64,000 bases of DNA, taken from NCBI GenBank assembly GCA_038063455.1, contig JBBTVB010000002.1, positions 257,296-321,295 on the forward strand, given 5' to 3'. This DNA is from Patescibacteria group bacterium. GTDB lineage: Bacteria; Patescibacteriota; Patescibacteriia; PEXW01. The notes beneath the pieces are model-generated. The model saw nothing but the letters and a program-made list of their open reading frames with translations, ran no database searches and was not told where the DNA came from. Position numbers and translations under genes: made by a program. Positions within the stretch are counted from its first letter, which is position 1; every line of letters starts with the position of its first letter. Below, piece after piece: positions 42,351-53,549 of the stretch.

Positions 42351-42694
42351 TGGGCCTGACGCAAGAGCGAGGTAAACGCGGCGAAGACCTGGCGGCAGAT
42401 TTTTTGCGGGCCAAAGGCTACACCATAGTGGCGCGCAATGTCCGTAGCCCATTCGGGGAAATTGACCTGGTGTGTAAAGAACAAGACAGCCTGGTATTTG
42501 TTGAGGTGCGCTACCGAGCTTCAAGTGCCTTTGGTCGACCGGAAGAAACCGTGGTCGGCCATAAGTTACTGCGCATGCAGCGGAGCGCAGAATGGTATGT
42601 GACGCATAAAAACTACGCGGGCGATTACCGCATTGATGTAATTGGCATTACTCGAACGCAAGGTCAAATGACTCACTTACGTAACGTGAGTTAG
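42350..42694 (+). CDS. yraN: YraN-family (UPF0102) endonuclease
   Basis: GKRGEDLAADFL...GEIDLV...LVFVEVRYR. Confidence 0.85.
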   Translation: MGLTQERGKRGEDLAADFLRAKGYTIVARNVRSPFGEIDLVCKEQDSLVFVEVRYRASSAFGRPEETVVGHKLLRMQRSAEWYVTHKNYAGDYRIDVIGITRTQGQMTHLRNVS

Positions 42695-42791
42695 GCTGTC
42701 ATGCCTCTATATTGACATTCCAACCAACCCGTGTATACTGCAGCTACTGACAGCCTGAATAGGCTGTTTTCTTTTTTGATACCTTACGTCA

Positions 42792-44177
42792 ATGTCTGAC
42801 AACCCGATTATTAGCGCGATGCAGCAGATCGCCGACGAGAAGCGCATTCCTATGGATGCCGTGCTCCACACGGTGGAAGCCGCCCTGGCCGTGGCCTACC
42901 GCAAGGATTTTGGCGAGAAAGACCAGAATATTAAAGTTGAGTTCAGTTTGGAAGACGGCTCCAGCCGCGTCTTTGACGTGAAGACGGTGGTGGAGGATGA
43001 GAAGAAAGCCACCACCGAAGCGTACGATGCCGAGCGCAAAGCCAAGATAGAAGCCGAGGAAGCAGAACGTGCAGCCAAGGTTGCAGCCGGTGAAACTGTT
43101 GTCCGCACCGAAGAAGAAGCCCGCGCCGAAGCCAGCCAACCTGCCGAACCGGTGACCACCGAAGAGCCAGCGTTCGAACGCTTTGACCCGAAAACGGAAA
43201 TTGCCAAGGCTGATGCCCAGGCGTTGAAAAAAGGTGCAAAGATCGGCGACACCATTAAAACCGAGCTCTTCCCGCCCGCAGCATACGGTCGTATGGCTGC
43301 GCAGACTGCCAAGCAGGTCATTATCCAGCAACTGCGCGAGGCGGAGCGGGAAATTGTGTTTAACGAATTTAAAGATAAGGAAGGCGAACTCATGAACGCC
43401 ACCGTGCAGCGGCAGGAAGGCCGGCTGGTGATGATTGATATTGGCCATGCCGTAGCAATCATGCCGCCGGGTGAGCAGCTGCCCACGGAGCAGTACCGGG
43501 CTGGCGCGCGCATCAAGGTGTACATTGTGTCCGTCAACTCCACCACCAAAGGCCCGGAAATTGTAGTATCCCGCACGCACCCCGAAATGGTCCGCAAACT
43601 CTTTGCGGTGGAAGTGCCAGAAATTCAGAACGGCACGGTAGAAATTAAGGCTGTGGCCCGCGAGGCCGGCTTCCGCTCCAAAATTGCGGTGAGCTCAACC
43701 CAGCCGAACATCGACCCGATTGGTTCGTGCGTGGGCCAGCGCGGCAGCCGCGTGCAGACCGTGATTAACGAACTCGGCGGCGAAAAAATTGATATTATTG
43801 AATGGGCCGAAGACCCCATTGGCTTTATTGGCAACGCCCTGTCGCCAGCCAAGGTCATTTCTATTACCCTGGATAACGACACGCACACGGCCAAAGTTGA
43901 AGTAAAAGAAGATCAGCTCTCGCTAGCTATTGGCAAGTCTGGGCAGAACGTCCGGTTGGCCGCCAAACTCTCGGGCTGGCGGATTGATATTGTGGGCGAA
44001 GGTGGTGCACCGCGCAAAAAAGAAGGTGAAGTTATAGCGGAAGCAGCCCCAACGGATGAGGTGCCAGCAGTGGTCGAAACCCCTGCCGAAGGCACGCTGG
44101 AAACCCCGCCAGAAGTTGTCGCAGAAACACCAGTGGAAACTGCACCGGAAGTGCCGGCCGAAGAACCGAAAGCTTAA
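42792..44177 (+). CDS. nusA: Transcription termination/antitermination factor NusA (with acidic insert and C-terminal extension)
   Basis: N-terminal domain, S1 and two KH domains ([23 protein letters not shown]). Confidence 0.9.
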   Translation: MSDNPIISAMQQIADEKRIPMDAVLHTVEAALAVAYRKDFGEKDQNIKVEFSLEDGSSRVFDVKTVVEDEKKATTEAYDAERKAKIEAEEAERAAKVAAGETVVRTEEEARAEASQPAEPVTTEEPAFERFDPKTEIAKADAQALKKGAKIGDTIKTELFPPAAYGRMAAQTAKQVIIQQLREAEREIVFNEFKDKEGELMNATVQRQEGRLVMIDIGHAVAIMPPGEQLPTEQYRAGARIKVYIVSVNSTTKGPEIVVSRTHPEMVRKLFAVEVPEIQNGTVEIKAVAREAGFRSKIAVSSTQPNIDPIGSCVGQRGSRVQTVINELGGEKIDIIEWAEDPIGFIGNALSPAKVISITLDNDTHTAKVEVKEDQLSLAIGKSGQNVRLAAKLSGWRIDIVGEGGAPRKKEGEVIAEAAPTDEVPAVVETPAEGTLETPPEVVAETPVETAPEVPAEEPKA

Positions 44178-44211
44178 CTTCACTTATTTCCCTTTCGTAA
44201 CGCGTACCTGT

Positions 44212-46224
44212 ATGACCGATTCCCAACCCCTGCTCATGGCCCTCATCGGGTCGATTATCGCCATCGGCACTGGCCTGTGGCTGGCAAAATGGATTCTGGG
44301 TTTGCCCCAAGGGACAGACAAAATGAAAGAAATTGCGAAAGCAATCCAAGAAGGCGCGAGTGCCTATCTCAACCGCCAAACGCGAACAGTGGCCTGGATT
44401 GCAGGTATCCTGTTTGTGGCGTTGTTCATTTTTGTCGATGAAAACACTGCCTACGGTTTCCTCGTCGGCGCCGTGCTTTCGGCCCTTGCCGGTTACATTG
44501 GCATGTACATAGCGGTCCGCGCCAACGTGCGCACCGCCGAAGCGGCCAAGTCTGGCATGCCGTCCGCGCTCAAAGTTGCGGTCCGCGGCGGCGCTGTCAC
44601 GGGCTTACTCGTGGTGGGTCTTGGTTTGCTGGGCGTGACAGTCTTTTACTGGATTACCGGCGACGTGAAAGCACTCATCGGTTTGGGTTTTGGCGGTTCG
44701 CTCATCTCCGTGTTCGCCCGTCTCGGCGGCGGCATCTTTACCAAAGCTGCAGACGTGGGTGCTGACCTGGTGGGGAAAGTGGAAGCCGGCATTCCGGAAG
44801 ATGACCCGCGCAACCCGGCTGTCATTGCGGACAACGTGGGTGACAACGTCGGGGACGACGCGGGTATGGCCGCAGACTTGTTTGAAACCTATGCCGTGAC
44901 GGCCGTGGCCGCGATGCTGCTTGGCTCATTGCTCTTCCCGGGCATGGACGAGCCCATCCTGTACCCCTTAGCCCTCGGCGCCATTTCGATTGTGGCATCA
45001 GTGCTTGGTACGTTCTTCGTGCGCTTGGGCGTGAAGCAAAATATCATGGGCGCGCTGTACAAAGGCCTCATCGCCGCCGGCGTCATTGCTGCAGTATTTT
45101 TCTATCCGATTACCCAGTGGCTAATGAAAGATAACGGCACCTACACAGTGGCCGAACTATACCTGGCCAGCTTGGTGGGCTTGGGCGTGACCGCCCTGCT
45201 CGTAGTGATTACTGAATACTTTACTTCCACCCAGTACAAACCCGTACGCTCAATTGCGGATGCCTCCACCACTGGCCATGGTACCAACATCATCGCTGGT
45301 CTAGCCGTTGGCATGAAATCCACCGCCCTGCCCGTCTTGGTTATTGCCGCCGGTATTTGGGGCGCGCATGAACTGGCTGGCCTCTACGGCATTGCGATTG
45401 CCGCTATGGCCATGCTCTCGCTGACTGGGATTATCGTTACCATTGACGCGTTTGGCCCAATTACGGACAACGCCGGCGGCATTGCAGAAATGGCCGGCCT
45501 ACCCAAAGAAGTGCGCGATGTGACTGACCCACTGGATGCCGTGGGCAACACCACCAAAGCCGTGACCAAGGGCTACGCCATTGGTTCGGCCGGACTCGCG
45601 GCCGTGGTGCTGTTTGCCGCCTACGTGCAAGAATTTGCTGACCGTGGCTATGCCCTCACTTTTGACTTGAGTGACGTGAAGGTAATTATGGGCTTGTTCA
45701 TCGGCGGCATGCTGCCGTACTTGTTCGGTGCGCGCGCCATGCAAGCCGTGGGCAAAGTTGCTGGCTACGTCGTGGAGGAAGTGCGCCGCCAGTTCCGCGA
45801 AATGCCCGGCATCATGCAGGGCACGCAAAAGCCAGACTACGGCCGCGCCGTGGACATTGTAACCAAAGGTGCCATTAAAGAAATGTTTGTCCCGGCACTC
45901 ATCCCCGTCGTCGCGCCGATCTTGGTCGGCCTTATCCTAGGTCCCGTGGCGCTTGGTGGCTTGCTGGTCGGTTCCATTGTTACTGGCTTGTTCGTGGCCG
46001 TCTCTATGACCAGCGGCGGTGCAGCCTGGGACAATGCCAAGAAGTACATTGAAGCCGGCAACCATGGCGGCAAAGGCTCGGAGGCACACAAAGCTGCCGT
46101 CACCGGCGACACCGTAGGCGACCCCTACAAAGACACCGCCGGCCCAGCAATCAACCCGATGATTAAGATTATCAACATCGTGGCGTTGCTGATCGTCGGC
46201 CTGCTTATCAACTGGAAACTCTAA
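44212..46224 (+). CDS. hppA: Membrane-bound proton/sodium-translocating pyrophosphatase
   Basis: [26 protein letters not shown] and [11 protein letters not shown] signature motifs. Start set at the ATG at 44212 after the nusA stop. Confidence 0.9.
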   Translation: MTDSQPLLMALIGSIIAIGTGLWLAKWILGLPQGTDKMKEIAKAIQEGASAYLNRQTRTVAWIAGILFVALFIFVDENTAYGFLVGAVLSALAGYIGMYIAVRANVRTAEAAKSGMPSALKVAVRGGAVTGLLVVGLGLLGVTVFYWITGDVKALIGLGFGGSLISVFARLGGGIFTKAADVGADLVGKVEAGIPEDDPRNPAVIADNVGDNVGDDAGMAADLFETYAVTAVAAMLLGSLLFPGMDEPILYPLALGAISIVASVLGTFFVRLGVKQNIMGALYKGLIAAGVIAAVFFYPITQWLMKDNGTYTVAELYLASLVGLGVTALLVVITEYFTSTQYKPVRSIADASTTGHGTNIIAGLAVGMKSTALPVLVIAAGIWGAHELAGLYGIAIAAMAMLSLTGIIVTIDAFGPITDNAGGIAEMAGLPKEVRDVTDPLDAVGNTTKAVTKGYAIGSAGLAAVVLFAAYVQEFADRGYALTFDLSDVKVIMGLFIGGMLPYLFGARAMQAVGKVAGYVVEEVRRQFREMPGIMQGTQKPDYGRAVDIVTKGAIKEMFVPALIPVVAPILVGLILGPVALGGLLVGSIVTGLFVAVSMTSGGAAWDNAKKYIEAGNHGGKGSEAHKAAVTGDTVGDPYKDTAGPAINPMIKIINIVALLIVGLLINWKL

Positions 46225-46242
46225 TTCTGGTATTCTAGGCAC

Positions 46243-46869
46243 ATGGTAGACACCATTGCCCGCATCCTCAGTTATCCTTTCCTCCGCTGGCGCGTTGCGT
46301 CCGCGGAGGGTTTGGAAAATATTCCCCGAAAGGGACCAGTGCTGCTGGTGGCAAACCACATTGGCATCCACGACCCCCTCTTGTTGATATTTACCATTGC
46401 CTGGGGCACGCAGGGTCGGGCGGCACATGCCATTGCCAAGTGGAAAATTTTCCAGACCGCCTTTGCCCAGCGGTTCATGCATACCATCCCGCTCTACGAA
46501 GATCGGGCGCGTTCAATGCAATATTCCGCTGACCTGCTCGCACGGGGCGAGGTAGTGCTTATCTACCCGGAAGGCAGGGTAAATACCAGCGACACTATTG
46601 GGAAGGTCAAAAGTGGCGCGGCGCGTTTAGCCTTGCAATGTGGTGTACCAGTTATACCCATTGGCATTCGCCGCACCAGCCCGCCGCCGCAGACATCAGC
46701 CGACCATCGGAAAGATTTGCTCTTTGGCCGCATGTCGTGCACCGTAGGAAAACCAATTGACCTTTCGGCCTGGCAGGGAAGAACCGTGGATGCTGCACTG
46801 CTGGCGCAAGTAAACCGAGCCATCATGACACCAGTTGCCACCCTCGCTGGAAAAATCTACATGGTATGA
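46243..46869 (+). CDS. 1-acyl-sn-glycerol-3-phosphate acyltransferase family (PlsC-like) 1
   Basis: NHIGIHD (HX4D) and YPEGR blocks. Confidence 0.8.
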   Translation: MVDTIARILSYPFLRWRVASAEGLENIPRKGPVLLVANHIGIHDPLLLIFTIAWGTQGRAAHAIAKWKIFQTAFAQRFMHTIPLYEDRARSMQYSADLLARGEVVLIYPEGRVNTSDTIGKVKSGAARLALQCGVPVIPIGIRRTSPPPQTSADHRKDLLFGRMSCTVGKPIDLSAWQGRTVDAALLAQVNRAIMTPVATLAGKIYMV

Positions 46870-47501
46870 AGCGTTACGCTGGTTTACTGTGGCTCATACG
46901 TTTGTACCAGCGCCGTTTTCGTGTGCTCTCTGGCCTCGAACATCTGCCGCGCACCGGGCCCTACATTCTGGCTGGGAACCATGTGGGCTCACCCGACCCA
47001 CTCTACGTGGCGAGCGTCGTCTATTTTTACACCCGCCGTTCAGTGGTCTTCTTGGCGTACGATAAAATTGCAAAAAAATTTGGCCACGACATTGCCTACC
47101 AGTGGCTCGGCGCCGTTGATAAAAAAGAAGGGAACTTGGCCGCCTCACTGTTGCCGCTACGGCAGGAACTGGAAGCCGGGAATGCCGTGGGTATTTTCCC
47201 TGAAGGCATGCGCAACGCTGCCCCCTTTGTGCTGCCGGGGAAAACCGGCGTGGCCCGCCTGGCGCACTGGACTGGGGTGCCCGTCATTCCCTTTGGCTTT
47301 GACGGGCCATTTACCTGGAGCGTTACCGAGGGGGTGCGGGCAGCCTTGTCTTGGAAGCGCAACCTCCGTTTACACTTTGGTGCGCCGCTGCATTTTCCAA
47401 AAATTCCCGAGGACCAGCTGACCAAAGAAAAACTGACGGAAACTACGCGCACAATTATGCAGCGGGTTGGCGAGCTTGCCGGGCGGCCTTCACCCTTCTA
47501 G
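46866..47501 (+). CDS. PlsC-like acyltransferase 2
   Basis: NHVGSPD (HX4D) and FPEGMR blocks. ATGA overlap with the previous gene. Confidence 0.75.
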   Translation: MKRYAGLLWLIRLYQRRFRVLSGLEHLPRTGPYILAGNHVGSPDPLYVASVVYFYTRRSVVFLAYDKIAKKFGHDIAYQWLGAVDKKEGNLAASLLPLRQELEAGNAVGIFPEGMRNAAPFVLPGKTGVARLAHWTGVPVIPFGFDGPFTWSVTEGVRAALSWKRNLRLHFGAPLHFPKIPEDQLTKEKLTETTRTIMQRVGELAGRPSPF

Positions 47502-47510
47502 ACTACCTGC

Positions 47511-48962
47511 ATGGACTGGAGTACCGTTAGCCACCTAACCCGCGAAGAAATTGCCAGCTTGCAGAACCGCCAGCTCAAGCACTTCTTTGCCCACGAACTG
47601 CCCTATAGCCCGTACTTCCGGGGGCTTTTTGCTAAGCACAATCTAAAATTTTCAGATATTCAGACCGTCGATGACTTGCAGAAACTCCCGTTTAGCTCCA
47701 AGGTGGACCTTGCCCCGAGTGCTGAAGAACCTGGGAAATCCCGCGCGTTTATCCTGCAACCCGACGAACATTTACTCAAGCAGTACGCGTCTAAAAAGAA
47801 ACTTATTGGCATTCTCCTACGCAAGCTTGCCGGCCAAGATGTTAAGAAGAAATTGGAGTGGGAGTACAAACCCATCCACTTGCACTTTACCACCGGCCGC
47901 ACCGCGCTCCCCACTGCTGTTGGCTACAGCGCGCGAGATGTGGAGGTGCTCAAAGCAACCGGCCAACGCCTGTTCGATACTATGGGCATCCCGCGCGATG
48001 CCGTGGTGGTGAACGCATTCCCCTACGCGCCGCATTTGGCCTTTTGGTTGACCTTCTTCGCCACGTCGAGCCTGCAGCTGACGACGCTACAGAGTGGTGG
48101 AGGCAAAGTGATGGGTACGCAAAAAATTATTGATGCTATCGAGCGCCTCAAGGCCACCCTTGTCACGGCCATCCCGGGCTATTTCTACCATGCCTTACGG
48201 GAAGCGGTTGCCCAGAAAAAAAACTGGTCCAGCCTGCAGTACGTGGTCTTTGGTGGCGAGCGCGTAAGCGACGGCCTGCGCACGAAAGTGAAAGAGCTAC
48301 TTAAAGAAGTGGGCGCAACCAAGACAAAAATCTTTGCTACCTATGCCATGACCGAAGGGAAAACTGCCTGGTCGCAGTGCAGCGAGGAGTCTGGCTACCA
48401 CACCTACCCAGATATGGAAGTGTTCGAGGTGGTGGACGAAGTCGGCAACCGCGTAGCCCCAGGCCAGCCCGGCGAACTGGTGTACACCAGCCTCAACTGG
48501 CGCGGAACCGTGATGGTCCGCTACCGCACTGGCGACATTATCCAGGGCATGAGCTATGACCAGTGCCCCGACTGCGGCCGCACCGTGGCGCGGATCAGCA
48601 AAGATATTAAACGCAAATCTGATATCAAAGAGTTCCACCTGACCAAAGTGAAAGGCGAACTGGTGGATCTCAACGCCTTCTTCCCTCTGCTCTCCGGCAC
48701 GTCGGAGGTGGAAGAGTGGCAGCTGCAAATTGCCAAAGTGAATAATGATCCTTTTGAAGTAGACGAGCTCATCTTATTTATTGCCCCGAAAAAAGGCGTG
48801 GGTTTTGAAGAATTGTCCGTAGCCTTGAACAAAAAAATACTCAACGAAACCGGTGTGACCGCCCGCCTGGTAGAGAAACCGCTTGCGGAAGTACTCCAAA
48901 TGATTGGCATGGAAACCGAACCCAAAGAGAAACGCGTGGTGGATGTGCGGCCGAAGGCTTAA
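47511..48962 (+). CDS. Adenylate-forming enzyme, PaaK / coenzyme F390 synthetase-like
   Basis: FTTGRTALP (cf SGTTGKP), YAMTEG and YRTGDI core motifs. Confidence 0.75.
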   Translation: MDWSTVSHLTREEIASLQNRQLKHFFAHELPYSPYFRGLFAKHNLKFSDIQTVDDLQKLPFSSKVDLAPSAEEPGKSRAFILQPDEHLLKQYASKKKLIGILLRKLAGQDVKKKLEWEYKPIHLHFTTGRTALPTAVGYSARDVEVLKATGQRLFDTMGIPRDAVVVNAFPYAPHLAFWLTFFATSSLQLTTLQSGGGKVMGTQKIIDAIERLKATLVTAIPGYFYHALREAVAQKKNWSSLQYVVFGGERVSDGLRTKVKELLKEVGATKTKIFATYAMTEGKTAWSQCSEESGYHTYPDMEVFEVVDEVGNRVAPGQPGELVYTSLNWRGTVMVRYRTGDIIQGMSYDQCPDCGRTVARISKDIKRKSDIKEFHLTKVKGELVDLNAFFPLLSGTSEVEEWQLQIAKVNNDPFEVDELILFIAPKKGVGFEELSVALNKKILNETGVTARLVEKPLAEVLQMIGMETEPKEKRVVDVRPKA

Positions 48963-49022
48963 TTATTGACGCGAGTTTTAATTTGCGGTAGCGTGACCTT
49001 CTCACCCTAGCCGATTTTTGTT

Positions 49023-50309
49023 ATGCAAGTGACCGTATCCAAGCAGCCCAAAAGCCTGGTCAAACTCACCGTGGAACTCACGGCCGAGGAATTTGCCCCG
49101 CACCTCAAAGACGCTATTCAACACCTGGCCGCCGACGCAAAAATTCCTGGGTTCCGCCCTGGTATGGCCCCGCGAGAAATAATTGAGAAGAAGGTTGGCC
49201 TTGGCGCAATCCTGGAACACGCCGCCGAACATGCTGTGCAGCATACATTCACCAAAGCTATCCTCGAACAACAACTAAAAACTATTGGCGGGCCCAAAAT
49301 TAGTGTAGAAAAACTCGCCGAGGGTAATCCTTTTGTGTACTCTGCAGAAGTTGCCGTCTTGCCAGAAATTGTCGTAGGCGACCTAGCCAAAGTTAAAGTT
49401 GAAAAGAAGCCAGTCGAAATTATTGGCGAGCAAATTGAGAAAACGCTAAAGAGCTTACTGAGCATGCATGCCTCACACACCATCGCTAAGCGACCAGCGA
49501 AGGAAGGTGACCGTATAGACGTTGACTTTGATGTGTTTTTGGACAATGTGCCGTTGGAGGGTGGCAAGGGGAGCAACCAAACGTTAACCATTGGCGAGAA
49601 ACTCTTTATTCCAGGTTTTGAAGAGCAGGTTGTTGGCATGGAAGCCGAACAGGAAAAAAGCTTCAAACTCACTTTCCCCAAAGACTACGGCAAGAAGGAA
49701 TTGCAGAATAAGGAGGCTGAGTTTAAGGTGAAGGTAAAATCTGTGTATGACACTACAACGCCGGCGCTGGATGATGCTTTTGCTAAAAAGCTTGGAAACT
49801 TTGAGAGCATGGAAAAGCTACGCGAGAAGATTAAAGAAAACCTACACGAAGAGGCTGCCGAACGCGAACGCCAGCGCTACGAGCAGGCGGTGATGGAAGA
49901 GTTACTCAAGCAAAGTAAGCTTGATGATGTTCCAGCAATCTTGGTGGAAGCCGAACAAGACAAAATGCTCAACGAGCTGCGCCATGCCATAGAACACGAT
50001 GGGGGAAAGTTCGATGATTACCTTTCGTCTATTAAAAAAACGGAAACGGAACTAAAGGCAGAATTTGCAAAGCGAGCCGAAGATCGCGTTAAAGTAGCTC
50101 TTTTGCTACGTAAAATTGCCGATGATAATAATCTCCTCGCAACTGCCGCAGAAGTTGAAGGTGAAATTAATGCGGAAAAGTTACGCCTTGGTGACCAGCC
50201 CGAACTGCTGAAGCAAGCCGAGTCCGAAGACTACAAGAATTACCTCAAGATGGTGCTGACCAACCGCAAGACCATTGCCTGGGTACTGGAACAGGCCGAA
50301 AAGAAGTAA
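49023..50309 (+). CDS. tig: Trigger factor
   Basis: N-terminal ribosome-binding GFRPGMAP motif, a central PPIase-like region and a C-terminal helical arm. Confidence 0.9.
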   Translation: MQVTVSKQPKSLVKLTVELTAEEFAPHLKDAIQHLAADAKIPGFRPGMAPREIIEKKVGLGAILEHAAEHAVQHTFTKAILEQQLKTIGGPKISVEKLAEGNPFVYSAEVAVLPEIVVGDLAKVKVEKKPVEIIGEQIEKTLKSLLSMHASHTIAKRPAKEGDRIDVDFDVFLDNVPLEGGKGSNQTLTIGEKLFIPGFEEQVVGMEAEQEKSFKLTFPKDYGKKELQNKEAEFKVKVKSVYDTTTPALDDAFAKKLGNFESMEKLREKIKENLHEEAAERERQRYEQAVMEELLKQSKLDDVPAILVEAEQDKMLNELRHAIEHDGGKFDDYLSSIKKTETELKAEFAKRAEDRVKVALLLRKIADDNNLLATAAEVEGEINAEKLRLGDQPELLKQAESEDYKNYLKMVLTNRKTIAWVLEQAEKK

Positions 50310-50522
50310 GAAATAAAAAGGGCGCGGAGAGTCATGCTCGTCTGCGCCTTGCTTCGGATGCTTGGGTTTCCGCCTGTAGGTTGTATCGTCCTCTTGGACT
50401 TTGGGCGGCTTTTTTGGTAACGGAATTCGACGCTTGATAGGCTTGTCTTTTTTCACTGTTCTTCCTTTGTGAAGGTGCATCCTAGCGCACCAGATCGGAC
50501 GAGTCAATGGTATACTGGCTCC

Positions 50523-51365
50523 ATGCTCATCGGACATCACGTCTCGGCAGCGGGCGGTAGCCAGAATGCCCCAAAGAACGCCCACGACCTCAAGTGCGAA
50601 ATCTTTCAATTCTTCACCCGCTCCCCGCAAGGCGGGGCCGCGCCAAAATTGACGCCAGAAATTGTTGCTGCCTTCAAAGCCGAGAACACAAAGTACAGCA
50701 TAGCGCGAACGTACGTCCACACGCCGTACTTTATTAACTTTGCTTCAGCCAATGCTGGTTTGCGTAAAGGCTCTATTGAAATCGTCCGGGGTGAGTTGGA
50801 GCGCTCATCCCTGCTCGGCGTGACCGCAGTAATGACACACCTCGGCTCGGCAAAAGACGTGGGTGAAGTGAAAGCACAAAAAATGGTGGGTGATGGAGTG
50901 AAGGCAATCCTAAAAGGCTACACGGGTTCGGCGCTCTTCTTATTAGAAAACTCTGCCGGCTCTGGCGCGGCCATCGGTGGCACACTCGAACAACTTGCCG
51001 CGTTTATCAACGCTGTTCCCGCCACCCAACGAAAAAAACTGGGTATTTGTGTCGATACGTGCCATGCCTTTGCCAGCGGCTATGACCTGCGGACCAAATC
51101 CACGGTGGATGCCTTCCTGAAAAAATTCGACAAGCTCATTGGCCTGCAATACCTTAAGCTCTTCCATGTGAACGACAGTAAAATGGACTTAGGCGAACAT
51201 AAAGACCGGCACGAGCACATTGGCGACGGCAAAATTGGCCTTGCTGGCTTTAAGGCCCTCTGCGCCCATCCAAAATTGAAGAATATCGATATGATTTTGG
51301 AAACCCACCACGATGGCAAGCACATTGCCGACATCGCGCTCTTGAAAAAACTTCGAAAAAACTAG
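50523..51365 (+). CDS. nfo: Endonuclease IV
   Basis: MLIGHHVS..., HTPY, LENSAG and HVNDSK..G...DRHE.IG.G motifs. TATACT lies 6 nt before the ATG. Confidence 0.9.
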   Translation: MLIGHHVSAAGGSQNAPKNAHDLKCEIFQFFTRSPQGGAAPKLTPEIVAAFKAENTKYSIARTYVHTPYFINFASANAGLRKGSIEIVRGELERSSLLGVTAVMTHLGSAKDVGEVKAQKMVGDGVKAILKGYTGSALFLLENSAGSGAAIGGTLEQLAAFINAVPATQRKKLGICVDTCHAFASGYDLRTKSTVDAFLKKFDKLIGLQYLKLFHVNDSKMDLGEHKDRHEHIGDGKIGLAGFKALCAHPKLKNIDMILETHHDGKHIADIALLKKLRKN

Positions 51366-51366
51366 C

Positions 51367-52023
51367 ATGTACCGTCCTGTCACCATGCACGTGCGAAAAT
51401 TTCCCGGGTCACTCTGGCTCCTGGGCGGCACACTCCTGATTGTTTTACTGCTTGCTGGGTTCACCGATCTTAATATCTTCCTGGGCCGCACTTGGCTGGA
51501 GCAGCAGCCGCTCAAGCCGGCAGATGCAATTGTCGTGCTCGGCGGCGGCATTGATGCAAAAACTGGCGCCCTCTCATTCAAAACCGAAGAACGCGTCCGC
51601 ACCGGCGCCAAGCTTTACCTTGCAGATCACCTGGCTCCAGTAATTGTCGTCACGGGTGGGAAGGTCGGAAACAATCCATACGCCGAGGCGCCAGCCATGT
51701 CCGAGCTGCTCCAAAAACTTGGTGTCGTAGAGAACAACATCCTGCAGGATGACGAGGCGCAGAATACTTTAGAAAATGCCGCTAATGTGGTAGCCCTCGG
51801 CAAGAAATTGGGCTGGCGTAACATAATTGTGGTCACCAGTGACTTTCATACCAGCCGGGCGTGCACCTTTTTTCGCCGAGCCGATGCCCCGCCGGTCATT
51901 TGCCGGGCGGCCGACCGCTCGTTAGTGAAGCAAGAATCCTTCGGACGACGCCTGCAGAGCACAAAAGCTGTGCTTCGGGAGTATGTAGCAAATACCTACT
52001 ACTGGCTCACCGGTAAACGTTAA
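51367..52023 (+). CDS. DUF218 (YdcF/ElyC-like) protein
   Basis: ADAIVVLGGG ... VTSDFHTSRA. Confidence 0.75.
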   Translation: MYRPVTMHVRKFPGSLWLLGGTLLIVLLLAGFTDLNIFLGRTWLEQQPLKPADAIVVLGGGIDAKTGALSFKTEERVRTGAKLYLADHLAPVIVVTGGKVGNNPYAEAPAMSELLQKLGVVENNILQDDEAQNTLENAANVVALGKKLGWRNIIVVTSDFHTSRACTFFRRADAPPVICRAADRSLVKQESFGRRLQSTKAVLREYVANTYYWLTGKR

Positions 52024-52035
52024 TTACCACCCCGA

Positions 52036-52088
52036 CTCGCCTTCGGCTCCCCACCCCTCCTTGACCAAGGAGGGGAAGCAGGGGGGTA
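52036..52088. repeat. Solo copy of the hairpin module that flanks the DUF559 cassette
   Basis: GCCTTCGGC tcc CCACCCCTCCTTgaccAAGGAGGGG. Compare 13898-13935, GCCCTTCGGGC atc CTCTCCTacaAGGAGAGG. Confidence 0.5.
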
Positions 52089-52110
52089 ACCCGTTCATAA
52101 TTCGTGTTCT

Positions 52111-52878
52111 ATGCAACCAATAGCCATTGCTACCCGCGCGGCCAACCAAGCTGGCAAACTCCTGCTCCAGCGCTTCCAGCACCTGCACGCACGCGATGTG
52201 AATGCCAAGTCTGCACACGAACTAGTGACAGTAGCAGATAAAGCTGCCAACCGCCTCATCCAAAAAATGCTGCGCCAAGCCTTCCCCGCAATTGGCGTGC
52301 TTTCCGAAGAAGGGCACAACCGCCCGGGTAGACTCCGCTGGGTTATCGACCCGCTGGATGGCACGACGAACTTCGTGTTGCACGTGCCATTCTTTGGCGT
52401 GTCTATTGCGCTCATGGATGGGAACATGCCGCTCTTTGGGGTCATCACCTGCCCGCCGACCAAAGAAATCTTCATCGGCGCGCGGGGCCAAGGGGCAACC
52501 AAAAATGGCCAGGCCCTTCGGCGGCAACCAGCCCCACCCCTACGGCAAGCCATCATTGGCTACGGCTACACCCACAGTGCCCGGTCCCTACGCGCTTCTC
52601 TGGTGCTGGCCGAGCGCTTGAGCCATCGTGTCCGCTCAGTGCGGCATGCCGGCTCCACGGCCCTCGACTTGGCCTACCTGGCAGCTGGGCGCCTGGATGC
52701 GGTCATTATTGCCGGACCGATTAACCTGTGGGACGTGGCAGCCGGCGTCATTATTGCCCAAGAAGCCGGCTATGCTGTGCAGGATGGAAAGGGGAAAGTG
52801 TGGACGCCGAAAAGTCATGATGTGTTCGCGGGGCCCATATCGCTATTGAAAAAATTACATAACCGAAAAAACAGGTAA
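52111..52878 (+). CDS. Inositol monophosphatase family protein (copy 2)
   Basis: SEEG...WVIDPLDGTTNF and WDVAAG motifs. Confidence 0.85.
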   Translation: MQPIAIATRAANQAGKLLLQRFQHLHARDVNAKSAHELVTVADKAANRLIQKMLRQAFPAIGVLSEEGHNRPGRLRWVIDPLDGTTNFVLHVPFFGVSIALMDGNMPLFGVITCPPTKEIFIGARGQGATKNGQALRRQPAPPLRQAIIGYGYTHSARSLRASLVLAERLSHRVRSVRHAGSTALDLAYLAAGRLDAVIIAGPINLWDVAAGVIIAQEAGYAVQDGKGKVWTPKSHDVFAGPISLLKKLHNRKNR

Positions 52879-52895
52879 GTTCCCTTGTTCGCTAG

Positions 52896-53342
52896 CTACA
52901 AGCGCCCAGCCTTAATTAGTTCTATAGATGATTTACCTCTTTGTTCCTTTAAAGTGATATTTTTTGGGTTAATAAGAAAATCTTGCACTCTCTCTACCTG
53001 CCTAGGGGATGTATTTTTTGGAAAGCTGGAAAAAGAAAAGAATGTCGTTTTATCTGACTCGCTTGTTTGAATTGGCACACCGGGTACCACAATACAATGG
53101 AAAGAAAAAATAATCTCGTGCTGCTCGGGCTTGCTGTACACACCAACAAGCGTGCTGGAGCTAACTACTAGGCCAGTTTCTTCCTTGACTTCACGAGCAA
53201 CCCCTACCCAAGGTGCCTCGCCGTCCTCTAGGCTTCCTCCAGGTAAATTCCACAAATCATAATCCCTACGATGACAGAGCAAAATTTCTCCTTGCGGATT
53301 AAGGATAATACCAAAGACTCCAATTGAAAAAATTTTACTCAT
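52896..53342 (-). CDS. NUDIX hydrolase
   Basis: GGSLEDGEAPWVGVAREVKEETGL Nudix box. Confidence 0.85.
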   Translation of the reverse strand: MSKIFSIGVFGIILNPQGEILLCHRRDYDLWNLPGGSLEDGEAPWVGVAREVKEETGLVVSSSTLVGVYSKPEQHEIIFSFHCIVVPGVPIQTSESDKTTFFSFSSFPKNTSPRQVERVQDFLINPKNITLKEQRGKSSIELIKAGRL

Positions 53343-53392
53343 GCCCTTCTACGAAGTCCCTATAGCGAGAATGTAAACTTCACTTATACGCT

Positions 53393-53466
53393 TGGAGCGG
53401 GTAGGGGGAATCGAACCCCCGGCAACAGGTTGGAAACCTGTGGTATTGCCATTATACGATACCCGC
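53393..53466 (-). tRNA. tRNA-Gly (anticodon TCC), CCA encoded
   Basis: Manual cloverleaf on the minus strand: acceptor GCGGGTA/TACCCGC, anticodon loop TTTCCAA, T arm GGGGG-TTCGATT-CCCCC. Confidence 0.9.
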
Positions 53467-53549
53467 ATTGCCTCATTCTTACAGCCGAAACTCAGCTCGT
53501 CAATGGATTATTAAACGTATACGATTCATATGCGACCGCGTTGCAAGCA

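Noticed and set aside
41220-42524. 434-aa minus-strand ORF
   Set aside because: It runs antisense across rnhB, the methyltransferase and yraN, all of which have clear family motifs. It is typical shadow-ORF composition.
50181-50720. 179-aa minus-strand ORF with a Lys/Pro-rich segment in the tig-nfo spacer
   Set aside because: It overlaps the 3' end of tig by about 130 nt and the 5' end of nfo, and has no SD. It is probably an intergenic read-through frame.
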